DNA of 64,000 nucleotides, taken from the NCBI GenBank assembly GCA_043784925.1, contig JAYVXU010000025.1, positions 22,649-86,648 on the forward strand, read 5' to 3'. Made by a program: the position numbers and the translations under genes. Below the pieces are notes generated by a model. It was not told the origin of the DNA and ran no database searches. It was given only the letters and a program-made list of their open reading frames with translations. The DNA comes from Candidatus Adlerbacteria bacterium. GTDB taxonomy: Bacteria; Patescibacteriota; Minisyncoccia; Phycocordibacterales; SBAW01. Shown here one piece after another: positions 1 through 8,560 of this stretch (position 1 is its first letter; every line of letters begins with the position of its first letter).

Positions 1-42
1 CAAAAATATGCAGAGTGGCTTGGCTCCCTCAAACATTAGTAA

Positions 43-78
43 TATAAAACACCCGAGGATTTCCTTGGGTGTTTTATA
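43..78. terminator. Probable bidirectional intrinsic terminator
   Basis: Hairpin TATAAAACACCCGAGGA-TT-TCCTTGGGTGTTTTATA with A/T tails, downstream of the KGG gene. Confidence 0.7.
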
Positions 79-116
79 ACTACATCTTCTATATAGGAGA
101 AGATGAGTGAAGAATT

Positions 117-374
117 TTATTCCTCTTCGCGGTTTGAACTGCGGGAAGAAGTATTTCCTTCTTCTGATAAGGATGAACTTTTTCCTCCGCCGTGAGATGC
201 TTTACCACCTTTTTGGCCTGCTTTGCGAGCTTCCTCAGAATCCCATTCGTGAGCGTTTCCGCTTTGATGTGCCGCTTTGCCTCCTTGGCTTGCAATTTCT
301 CGCTGCTTATCTTCGTCCATGCTTGCAAAACCTCGCTTATCACTATTATTATTTTCGCTGTTGTTATTTGCCAT
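117..374 (-). CDS. KGG-domain general stress protein (YciG/GsiB-like)
   Basis: RGFASMDEDKQREIASQGGKAAH...AHEWDSEEARKAGQKGG motif. Confidence 0.9.
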   Translation of the reverse strand: MANNNSENNNSDKRGFASMDEDKQREIASQGGKAAHQSGNAHEWDSEEARKAGQKGGKASHGGGKSSSLSEEGNTSSRSSNREEE

Positions 375-437
375 AGTATTTTATTAGTTTGTTTAATAAT
401 TGCCCAAGCTAATAATTATCTGCGCGACCTATAGATA

Positions 438-471
438 ACTATACGTGAGTCAATATTAAGAAGAGATTAAG
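438..471 (-). promoter_or_regulatory. Activator-type promoter: CTTAAT-N5-CTTAAT-N5-CTCACG-TATAGT
   Basis: 11-bp-period direct repeats in place of a -35 box, then a -10 hexamer; same layout as 36541..36574. Confidence 0.6.
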
Positions 472-496
472 CTCAGGAAAAGACTTCACGAAAGCA

Positions 497-1093
497 TTAG
501 TCAAGCATTGTGTCTGCAAGCCCTAGTTGAATGAGTTCAGGAGGAGTGAGTATTGTTTCTTGCTCCATCATCTCGAGCACATCTTTTTGAGTGAGTTTGC
601 CATGAGAATTGTCTGATACAATTTCCGCATACTGCGAATCTTTAATACGGTCTTCCTTAGCCATCATTTCTAAATCATGAGCAGTCAACCTTTTAGTATC
701 TTCAAATACTCTTCCCGCCAAATGGAGAAGCATGGTGGTGTGTTTAGTTATAAAACGAGTTTCGCCCGCAAGAAAGAGAATAACCCCGGATGAATCAACG
801 TCTCCGGAGCCGATGGTCACTAGTCTGGGTTTTAAAATGACACGAACGGTGTCGTAAAAACTCATACCAATACCTGAAGGTCCTCCTGCTGAGGTTACAA
901 GAAGTATGATTTCTTTTTCTGGTGCTATGAGGAGTAAATCTTTAATTGCGCGGAGTGCTTTTTCGTTGGCGGTATTGTTGACGTTTCCGTAGTACTCCAC
1001 CATTCGGGCCGGAGAGAACCCAGGAGAACTAGTGGAAATGGGGTACAGGTCAGGTGCAATACTGGATTTATGGGTGAATTGTTTTTGTACCAT
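497..1093 (-). CDS. ClpP-like serine peptidase (divergent, non-canonical)
   Basis: TSAGG, VDSSG (Ser), MLLH (His), ETILTPPELIQLGLAD motifs. Confidence 0.8.
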   Translation of the reverse strand: MVQKQFTHKSSIAPDLYPISTSSPGFSPARMVEYYGNVNNTANEKALRAIKDLLLIAPEKEIILLVTSAGGPSGIGMSFYDTVRVILKPRLVTIGSGDVDSSGVILFLAGETRFITKHTTMLLHLAGRVFEDTKRLTAHDLEMMAKEDRIKDSQYAEIVSDNSHGKLTQKDVLEMMEQETILTPPELIQLGLADTMLD

Positions 1094-1171
1094 TACTTCT
1101 TAGTATACGGACCTCAAAAGCACATGCAAGCTGGACAATAAATTTATAAAAAGTACATGCGAACTTTAAAA

Positions 1172-1765
1172 TTATGAGTTTTTCTTTGCTTTCCACCACT
1201 GAATGATTACCGGTAATGCAGATATAAAAATAATGAGCGCGATTATTGGATACAAATAGTGGTCGATGCCGGGAATAGTCTTGCCAAGGAAATATCCAAG
1301 CAAGGTAATTCCTGCTCCCCACAGGGTGCCCCCAATCATGTTGTATCGTAAAAAAGTTCGATAGGGCATTTTACCAACCCCTGCAAGAATGGGTGCAAAA
1401 GTTCGAACAACTGGAATAAACCTTGCGATTATAATTGTGGCTGCTCCATACAGAGTATAGTAGGCTTGAGTCTCTTCAAGGTATTTCTTTTTAAAAATTC
1501 GTGAATCTTTTTTGTTAAATAGCGCAGGCCCCACCTTTGCCCCAAACCAATATCCGACAGTGTCACCTAAAATTGCGGCTACCACTATTAATGTTACCAG
1601 CAAAACTATATTGAATTTCCCATCCGATGCTAGTAGTCCGACGCTAAAAAGTACACTATCTCCCGGCAAAAAGAAGCCAAAAAAAAGTCCTGATTCTGCA
1701 AAGATAAGCACAAAAAGGCCAATATAGCCAAACGATAATATAAGGTTGGTGAGCGCTCCAGACAT
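1172..1765 (-). CDS. DedA/VTT family membrane protein
   Basis: FAESGLFFGFFLPGDS, ARFIPVVRTFAP motifs. Confidence 0.95.
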   Translation of the reverse strand: MSGALTNLILSFGYIGLFVLIFAESGLFFGFFLPGDSVLFSVGLLASDGKFNIVLLVTLIVVAAILGDTVGYWFGAKVGPALFNKKDSRIFKKKYLEETQAYYTLYGAATIIIARFIPVVRTFAPILAGVGKMPYRTFLRYNMIGGTLWGAGITLLGYFLGKTIPGIDHYLYPIIALIIFISALPVIIQWWKAKKNS

Positions 1766-1800
1766 ATACTTTGAGCCTAACCTACCTGTGCGTAATATAC

Positions 1801-1830
1801 AACAACACTCCTCTATTGTGGAGTGTTGTT
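1801..1830. terminator. Intrinsic terminator-like hairpin
   Basis: AACAACACTCC-N8-GGAGTGTTGTT downstream of 1855..2925. Confidence 0.6.
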
Positions 1831-1854
1831 TGCAGAGCGTTTAATAGGGTCGAC

Positions 1855-2925
1855 TTACGGTATAACAGTGATGGTGGTATAGCCTGTGATACCAGAGGTT
1901 TGTCCCATGAAGTGGTACATCTTGCTACCTAGAGCTGAGGGTACTGACATAGAACCAGTCGAGAATGAGCCCGTACTATTGGTAAACGCATCACCTACTT
2001 TTGCTCCATTCATCATGATTGACACATGTTCTTCGCGACCAAAATGGAGCATGACCATACCGTCGGTGTCATTTTTCATGTCCAGAGTTATAGTGCTGCT
2101 GCTCGCGTTCAGTGATACAAGGTTTTGTGCATCATTATTTGGAATGAGCGTTGGCGGAGTAAAACGGATTGTTCCAAAATGGAATCCTGTGGGCTGCATA
2201 TTTTCGGTCACCGTGATTATTGTGCTGCTTCCAGCGTGGGTCAGAGGAATGTCGTAGTCGGAAATATCCAAACAAGTGCTTGAGGAAATAGTGCCGTCCA
2301 TATTGACATCAAGGTTTACATTTGACTCGCAAATTTTATGTGACATAAATGTACCGTCCGTAAGAGTTTTTGTCGTGGTGCCATTCATCACCTGGAAACT
2401 ATAATTAGTACGGGGTGAAGAAACAGTGCCTGCCATAGCTTCATTTCCCAAAAGTCCAGTAGTTGGACAATTAAGCACAGTACTAGCAAGGGCGGCTATT
2501 GGTCCTTTTCCTGCTTCAAGACTTAAGAAGTCTGGAAGAGAAGTGATATTTGAGCATAGATGCTTCATGATCGTGATGTGATAGGTCATGGGCATAGTTG
2601 AGCTGGATGTAGTAGTTCCCGAGGATTGAGTCGAAGTGCTCATTGTACTAGTGGAAGTTGAAGAGCCAGTGACTCCATCCATGCCCATTGTGGTGGGTGT
2701 AGTCCCACTACTGGTACCCATACCCATGTTCATAGTGGTACTGGTCCCAGTGGTAGAAGTTGTAGTAGAAGCCATGCCCATGGTAGACGAGGCGCTACTT
2801 GTGGTATTTTGCTCAGCACGTGCCGACTGGGAATGTGTTGAGTTGAATAATACTAATGTGATAATAGCTAAAACTGCTACCGCAAGTATCAGTTGTAACT
2901 TTGTTCTTTGCTGTGAAGTAATCAT
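1855..2925 (-). CDS. Exported Ser/Thr/Met-rich surface protein with Cys-containing domain and C-terminal beta-sandwich-like domain
   Basis: N-terminal hydrophobic segment plus ARA site, long S/T/M linker; C-terminus resembles that of 35173..36465. Confidence 0.75.
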   Translation of the reverse strand: MITSQQRTKLQLILAVAVLAIITLVLFNSTHSQSARAEQNTTSSASSTMGMASTTTSTTGTSTTMNMGMGTSSGTTPTTMGMDGVTGSSTSTSTMSTSTQSSGTTTSSSTMPMTYHITIMKHLCSNITSLPDFLSLEAGKGPIAALASTVLNCPTTGLLGNEAMAGTVSSPRTNYSFQVMNGTTTKTLTDGTFMSHKICESNVNLDVNMDGTISSSTCLDISDYDIPLTHAGSSTIITVTENMQPTGFHFGTIRFTPPTLIPNNDAQNLVSLNASSSTITLDMKNDTDGMVMLHFGREEHVSIMMNGAKVGDAFTNSTGSFSTGSMSVPSALGSKMYHFMGQTSGITGYTTITVIP

Positions 2926-3088
2926 AAGTACTAAAGTTAAAGAATAATGTATACAGGCATTAACAAGTAATAACTCACACGTTGCGATGATAGGTTAAAA
3001 TATCGCATTAATAGTGAGCCTGTATATCAGTGCATAGCGGTAGCTATGTGATAGCGAGATGAACAAGATATGGTAGAGTGCAAATCGT

Positions 3089-3820
3089 ATGTTAGAGATT
3101 AAAGATCTACAGAAAAAGTATGGAAACAAAACTGCTGTTGATGGCGTATCCTTTCGTGTATCTCCGGGAGAAATTGTAGGGCTTCTGGGGCCCAATGGGG
3201 CCGGCAAAACTACCCTTTTTACGATGATACTAGGAGTGCTGGAACCAACAGGAGGGAGAATTAAAATCAATGGTTTTGACCTCTCTACAAGTCGGGCACA
3301 GGCCTTGGCGCAAGCAAATTTTGTTGCAGTATATGCACAACTTCCCGGCAACCTTACCATAGTCCAGAATCTTCGTGTTTTTGGTATGCTCTATAGTGTC
3401 GAACATCTTGAGGATCGTATTAAAGAAATGCTAGAAGAATTTGACCTTACTTCGTATGCGCATACTAAATGCGGCGTACTTTCGTCAGGTGAGCAAACTC
3501 GCGTAGGTTTAGCAAAAGCGTTTTTAAGCTCACCCAAAGTACTACTTTTGGACGAACCCACGGCATCCTTGGACCCAAGTACTGCACAAATAGTGCGAGA
3601 AAAAATTAAAGCTTACGCTGCAAAAGGGGACCGATGTGTTTTGTGGACATCGCACGCAATGCATGAGGTTGTAGATGTGTGCGACCGTGTTATTTTTTTA
3701 TCCAAAGGCAAAACACTGCTGGAAGGGGACCCAAAAACACTTCCAAAGGAGTATGGAAAGGAAAATTTAGAGGCACTCTTTATCGCAGTTGCTCGTGAAC
3801 CTCTTTTTCTTACACAATAA
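3089..3820 (+). CDS. ABC transporter ATP-binding protein
   Basis: GPNGAGKT, LSSGE, LLLDEPT motifs. Confidence 0.95.
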   Translation: MLEIKDLQKKYGNKTAVDGVSFRVSPGEIVGLLGPNGAGKTTLFTMILGVLEPTGGRIKINGFDLSTSRAQALAQANFVAVYAQLPGNLTIVQNLRVFGMLYSVEHLEDRIKEMLEEFDLTSYAHTKCGVLSSGEQTRVGLAKAFLSSPKVLLLDEPTASLDPSTAQIVREKIKAYAAKGDRCVLWTSHAMHEVVDVCDRVIFLSKGKTLLEGDPKTLPKEYGKENLEALFIAVAREPLFLTQ

Positions 3821-3822
3821 CT

Positions 3823-4623
3823 ATGAATATAAACCGTATTACTGCTTTATGTCTTCGACAGTGGTATCTCATACGAGACAACCCAACGCGACTTATACAA
3901 ATTTTTGGTTGGGTGTTTTTTGATATCCTACTCTGGGGCTTTTTAAGTCAGTATCTGTCCCATTTGGTCGGAGGTGACCAGACGTTTACTCCACTATTTT
4001 TAGGGGGCGTGTTGGTGTGGTATTTTTCGACCCGTGTTATGCATGGCATAGCAACCGCTTTTTTTGAAGATGTGTGGGCACAAAATTTCTTTAATCTTTT
4101 TGCCTCCCCCCTTGGTTTAGGAGAGTATGCGTTGGCGCTTGTTGCCACAGGCATGGCAACAAGTGTCATTGGCCTTTTGTTTATGATCGTAATTGCAAAA
4201 GTATTTTTCGGATTTTCTATCCTCGCCTATGGGATATACGTAATACCCCTACTTTTGATTTTGTTTTTAAATGGAGTAGCACTTGGTATTTTTGCAGCAG
4301 CATTGGTGCTACGCTTTGGTCCTGCTGCAGAATGGTTTGTGTGGCCAATTCCGGAGATGTTGTCTCCGCTTGTGGGCGTTTTTTACCCGGTAGCAGTTTT
4401 GCCTTTTTGGATGCAGGGAATGTCTCGAGCCCTGCCTCCCACCTATGTATTTGAAAATATTCGAACAATTGTAACAGGAGGGCAGGTATCTACCCCGAGT
4501 TTACTCCTGGCTTCGGTCTTGGGGATTATCTATTGCGCCGTCTCCTACCTTTACTTTGCCCGGGTATATCGTTTGGCGGTTAAAAATGGACTTATTGCGA
4601 GATATAGTTCAGAAAGTTTTTGA
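3823..4623 (+). CDS. ABC-2 type permease
   Basis: About 6 TM helices, GVFYPVAVLPFWMQ motif, adjacent to the ATPase. Confidence 0.92.
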   Translation: MNINRITALCLRQWYLIRDNPTRLIQIFGWVFFDILLWGFLSQYLSHLVGGDQTFTPLFLGGVLVWYFSTRVMHGIATAFFEDVWAQNFFNLFASPLGLGEYALALVATGMATSVIGLLFMIVIAKVFFGFSILAYGIYVIPLLLILFLNGVALGIFAAALVLRFGPAAEWFVWPIPEMLSPLVGVFYPVAVLPFWMQGMSRALPPTYVFENIRTIVTGGQVSTPSLLLASVLGIIYCAVSYLYFARVYRLAVKNGLIARYSSESF

Positions 4624-4661
4624 TGTTGACAAAAATTGTTTTGTTTGCTAATGTGTAGTCT

Positions 4662-4868
4662 ATGGAGAAAAAAGAAATAGCGAAGCCAGCTATACCGGAG
4701 AAGCGTCATTCGCCCCTTCGGGAACCGCGAAAGACCTTCCAGCAAGACGGACACTGGATAGAGAAGCCGGAAAAAACGGCTATTTTGATCTGTGTGTGCG
4801 GCAATAGATATCTCAAAACAAGGCGCAATCAGCTCTTGTGTTTGCGTTGTGTTTCTCTCTCAAAATAG
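4662..4868 (+). CDS. Small basic CxC/CxxC putative zinc-binding protein
   Basis: CVCGNRYLKTR...CLRC; TTGACA at 4626 upstream. Confidence 0.6.
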   Translation: MEKKEIAKPAIPEKRHSPLREPRKTFQQDGHWIEKPEKTAILICVCGNRYLKTRRNQLLCLRCVSLSK

Positions 4869-4917
4869 GCCTTGTGCTATAGTAGTTGGGTACTAAATCT
4901 AACTCAAGAAAAAAGGT

Positions 4918-5469
4918 ATGAAAACATCGACAATGGTCTGGGTGCTTATAGTTGTGCTGGTGGCTCTTATGCTCGGGTTTTACGTTTGGAACCAAGGAAG
5001 CGCTTCAACGATAGTGCCAACAGCTCAAACCGAGCCTACAGCCGAGGTATCTCCAACCGGTCAGACGCAAGTCAACACAAACCCAAACGGTGCTAATTAT
5101 CAGTCCGCACCAACGACTACGGAGGCCAGCACCTCAGTTTCGACCGATACCTCAAAACTTCCGATGACGGCGAAGGTTACGTATGATGGGAAAAATTTCT
5201 CTCCTACAAATGTCACTATTGCTAAGGGAGGCACTGTTACCTTTACGGACATTGCGGGAAGTAAAATGTGGGTAGCCGCCGATCCTCACCCATCACATAC
5301 AAACTACGACAATACGACTCGCGCTCAGCATTGTGCGACGGGTGCTACAGCATCGTTTGACCAGTGTGCCCCTTCTGCCTCATACACATTCACGTTTAGT
5401 AAGGTTGGAGCATGGAGTTATCATGACCATATGAATGCTGTTGCAGAGGGTATGATTACGGTCAAATAA
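4918..5469 (+). CDS. Membrane-anchored cupredoxin/plastocyanin-like protein
   Basis: FSPTNVTIAKGGTVTF, MWVAADPHPSHT, WSYHDHM motifs. Confidence 0.8.
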   Translation: MKTSTMVWVLIVVLVALMLGFYVWNQGSASTIVPTAQTEPTAEVSPTGQTQVNTNPNGANYQSAPTTTEASTSVSTDTSKLPMTAKVTYDGKNFSPTNVTIAKGGTVTFTDIAGSKMWVAADPHPSHTNYDNTTRAQHCATGATASFDQCAPSASYTFTFSKVGAWSYHDHMNAVAEGMITVK

Positions 5470-5499
5470 GACAGAGCTGCAGTGAACTAAGTTTAAAAG

Positions 5500-5539
5500 A
5501 ACATAAAAAGTCGCTCTCAGTCGAGCGACTTTTTATGTT
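5500..5539. terminator. Intrinsic terminator
   Basis: AACATAAAAAGTCGCTC-N6-GAGCGACTTTTTATGTT. Confidence 0.8.
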
Positions 5540-5607
5540 GTATAAAATATTAAACAGCCATTCCGTACTGTATACTAGTGAACACAATGGATGAGTCTTT
5601 AGGGGCG

Positions 5608-6549
5608 ATGTTTAAACAAAATAAGGGGTTAGGAATGCTCTGTCTCGGACTTCTAGTATTTTTGTCGGGTGCTCTTCTTGTATGGAAATATCAGAATAAT
5701 CCGCTCATGGCCCGCCTGTTGGGAAAAAATGTACACATGGTCCCAAAAAGCAGTGCGAAACTTATAAGCCAGGCTACGTATACGTGCAAGGAAGGAAAGA
5801 CAATAGGAGCATCGTTTTTTGAACCAGACAGTGGGGAAGTAGACTCCAAAGGGAGTGTCATCCTGAGTTTACAAGATGGTAGGTCTCTGACTCTGCTCCA
5901 CGCCCAATCAGGTTCGGGAGCACGGTATGCAAACTCGGACGAAAGCTTTGTTTTTTGGAATAAAGGGAACACTGCGTTTATTCAAGAAGGAATCCCCGCT
6001 GTCGAAACATACTCAGGATGTGTCGCGGCAAGTCATGTGGCCGGCAGCGAAAATTGGCAAGTTTTCTCTCCCACTAATCAAGCGTGGTCGGTGAGGTACC
6101 CTCCCCAGTATCAGCTGAAAAAGGATTATATTTTTGAAAGTTTGCAGGGTGCATCGTCTTCAGTGCCAGGGGTTAAGTTTGCAATACCCGCCAGTCTATA
6201 CCAAGGTACAAACATGTCGGGGTTTGACACCGGGGTCTCGGTCGAGCAGTGGACGGGCTCATCAACCTGCCTTGCGACAATTTTTTTGTCTGACCAAGTT
6301 GCAGAAAAAACAATAACCGACATGAATGTTGAGTATTCAGTAGCAACATTTAGTGATGCTGGAGCAGGCAACTTTTATGAGCAAAAAGTGTATGCTATCA
6401 AAAACTCAAATCCTTGCACCGCAGTTCGATATTTTATCCACTCCACCAACATTGGCAATTATTCTAAAGGGGCTGTGCAGGCCTTCAATAAAGAGGCTCT
6501 GCTGGCTCAGTTTGATACAATCCGTGAGTCTCTCATATTGGCACAATAG
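5608..6549 (+). CDS. MliC/PliC lysozyme-inhibitor domain protein with second extracellular domain
   Basis: YTC...SGSGARYANSDESFVFWNKGNTAF...C; N-terminal TM; start codon uncertain (ORF opens at 5578). Confidence 0.8.
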   Translation: MFKQNKGLGMLCLGLLVFLSGALLVWKYQNNPLMARLLGKNVHMVPKSSAKLISQATYTCKEGKTIGASFFEPDSGEVDSKGSVILSLQDGRSLTLLHAQSGSGARYANSDESFVFWNKGNTAFIQEGIPAVETYSGCVAASHVAGSENWQVFSPTNQAWSVRYPPQYQLKKDYIFESLQGASSSVPGVKFAIPASLYQGTNMSGFDTGVSVEQWTGSSTCLATIFLSDQVAEKTITDMNVEYSVATFSDAGAGNFYEQKVYAIKNSNPCTAVRYFIHSTNIGNYSKGAVQAFNKEALLAQFDTIRESLILAQ

Positions 6550-6592
6550 ATTTACCATTTTTAGTCGCCTTACTTTTGTATATAGTAGTGTG

Positions 6593-6970
6593 ATGTACGG
6601 TAGGCGAAATCGAAAACAATATTTGAAATTGCGTGAAGAAGCACGTCAATTGGTCAAGGCAAGAATTACCTACTATAACCAGCACTACCAAGTGCCCATC
6701 AAAAAAATTTTTATTAAAAATCACAAGTCACGGTGGGGAAGTTGTAGCCAAAAAGGAAACCTTAATTTCAATTACAAAGTAGTGCTTCTGCCTCCCATAC
6801 TTACCGACTACATTGTGGTCCACGAGTTATGTCATCTTAAGGAATTCAACCACTCGAAAAAGTTTTGGGCAAAAGTTGCTGAAACCATCCCAAACCATGT
6901 TGAGCTACGCCTGGAACTTCGCCGCCTGGAGCGTATAAAAATTGCCCAGACGAGTGTGTTGCGTAGCTAA
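6593..6970 (+). CDS. YgjP/DUF45-like zinc metallopeptidase
   Basis: KSRWGSCS, DYIVVHELCHLKEFNHS; TATAGT 6 nt before ATG 6593. Confidence 0.9.
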   Translation: MYGRRNRKQYLKLREEARQLVKARITYYNQHYQVPIKKIFIKNHKSRWGSCSQKGNLNFNYKVVLLPPILTDYIVVHELCHLKEFNHSKKFWAKVAETIPNHVELRLELRRLERIKIAQTSVLRS

Positions 6971-7025
6971 GCTCGTTTGTATCTGATACTCTAGACGTAC
7001 TATTACTTACCCCAATGTACCCACT

Positions 7026-7313
7026 ATGGACCTCAATAAAGTACCAAAGCAGTTTTGTGAAAATGTAGTAATTGGGTTGTCGCAAGAGTTGTTTGTGATG
7101 GGTATGCTCAACGGAGAGGGGGGCTCTTTTTTTGCTCTTACTCCTCAACACATGAAGCGACTGTCTCAGTACTTAACGCACCAAATTGCAGAATACGAAA
7201 AAAACTTTGGTCCCATAAACGCACAGTGGACCCCGTTTGTGCAAAGCCCTATCCAAACCAAAGACTTAATTGGCGAAGAAGACACCGACGAAGACGAAGA
7301 ACTGTCGGGGTAA
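7026..7313 (+). CDS. Hypothetical protein (DUF3467-like)
   Basis: Clean ORF, FALTPQHMKRL...YEKNFGPI pattern. Confidence 0.65.
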   Translation: MDLNKVPKQFCENVVIGLSQELFVMGMLNGEGGSFFALTPQHMKRLSQYLTHQIAEYEKNFGPINAQWTPFVQSPIQTKDLIGEEDTDEDEELSG

Positions 7314-7319
7314 TACTTT

Positions 7320-7598
7320 CTACTCAAACTCAGGGCTCCCGACTTTTTTGTGGTTTCGCATTTGCGAAAGAGGCATGTTGGGGTCGGTGTAATGGCGCAA
7401 TACGTGATAGGCCACGTATGCAAAAACTGCAAAAATAATTGCCCCCAGGCTCCATATAAAAAGTGCAATACTTAAGCGCAGAATTGGGTTAGTGGTGGTC
7501 TGCTCAACATTGGTGGCATACATTGCAAGCCAAACAAGTCCCACAAAAAGCCCCAGCCCACCCAATGCTACCGCAATACCTCCCAAAATTTGCTTCAT
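7320..7598 (-). CDS. Small two-TM membrane protein
   Basis: Two hydrophobic helices. Confidence 0.6.
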   Translation of the reverse strand: MKQILGGIAVALGGLGLFVGLVWLAMYATNVEQTTTNPILRLSIALFIWSLGAIIFAVFAYVAYHVLRHYTDPNMPLSQMRNHKKVGSPEFE

Positions 7599-7780
7599 AC
7601 ACCTGTAGTATATGTTACCTCAATCTCTTTTTCTATATAGAATTACAATTGTCGGGAGCCTATTAAATCGTATTAGAACCTGTTTGGCGTATGGAGGAGT
7701 ATATAATTTTTGCTATTTCGATTTTACTGAGAGGGTTCTGAAGCCACTGGAGAGGGAAGCACAGGAAAAGATTAGAACCT

Positions 7781-7820
7781 AAAAGAAAAGAGCGCCCGCC
7801 GGTCAAAACCGTGGGCGCCC
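7781..7820 (-). terminator. Intrinsic terminator
   Basis: GGGCGCCC...GGGCGCTC stem followed by TTTTCTTTT on the minus strand. Confidence 0.7.
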
Positions 7821-7846
7821 TTATGACTCTGTTCGAGGATCGTTGC

Positions 7847-8053
7847 TTAGGCGGCGATGTGCAGCTTCGTCTCCTTGTGCTGACGCACTGCCATGCCGAG
7901 AGCCGCGATCGCCGTGACCATCTCGAGCACTTTCCACGCCGGCAACTCGACTATGACGTTGGAGCGACCGCCCGTGTCCTTGGACGATGTGTTGGTGAGG
8001 CCGTCGAGTGCAGAGAGTAATGTGCGGTTGCTTTTTCTGCAGAAGGGATTCAC
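7847..8053 (-). CDS. Small orphan protein ending in -IAA
   Basis: Strong GC3 bias in this frame, own terminator; start uncertain. Confidence 0.5.
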   Translation of the reverse strand: MNPFCRKSNRTLLSALDGLTNTSSKDTGGRSNVIVELPAWKVLEMVTAIAALGMAVRQHKETKLHIAA

Positions 8054-8187
8054 TGAACTAGTCCAAACAGAGCGATTGATAAAATCTATATACCAGGAGA
8101 CGGTGAGAGCTTGTCGCGAGTACCTACCAGCTTAAAATGTAGGCTCTCGATTAAATCAGAACGGTTCTCTGAGTCACTCAGACTTAT

Positions 8188-8383
8188 GCTAAAGCATCCT
8201 TGGCTTGTTACTTGCCAGGCGTGGTCAGGGTTTTGCCACCAAACCTTGACTATAGAGGTTTCCCGCGTTGTAGGTGTCAAAGGAGTCACTAAAAGGGGAG
8301 GCTGCCTGAGCGGCAATAGGTAAACCAAACGTAACCAACAAACCAAAAAGGATACTTATGCTTGTATATAAAAAATTTTTCAT
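8188..8383 (-). pseudogene. Frameshifted, truncated remnant of a secreted protein
   Basis: MKNFLYTSISILFGLLVTFGLPIAAQAASPFSDSFDTYNAGNLYSQG, then a frame change near 8242 continues WWQNPDHAWQVTSQGCFS. Confidence 0.55.
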
Positions 8384-8498
8384 GGCCGAACCCTACCACA
8401 GCTCACGTAAAAAACAGATTGACGTCGCGGATCTTTCGATACGTAACCTCTTTTAGCTCGCTGTCATTCCATTTTTAAGGATGTATGCTCCAGTATCT

Positions 8499-8560
8499 TA
8501 TACACATCAATTTGTGTATCTTGTGTATATTTTCATAAAACTATGCTATATTTATACACA
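8499..8560. promoter_or_regulatory. Candidate LexA operator(s) and lexA promoter
   Basis: ATACACA-N6-TGTGTAT (8500-8519) plus extra half-sites at 8522 and 8553; TATATT 7 nt before ATG. Confidence 0.5.

Noticed and set aside
7700-8100. tmRNA, suggested by a peptide ending in AA-stop
   Set aside because: No tRNA-like 5' and 3' ends (T-loop, CCA) found; a terminator follows and the codon bias fits a protein gene
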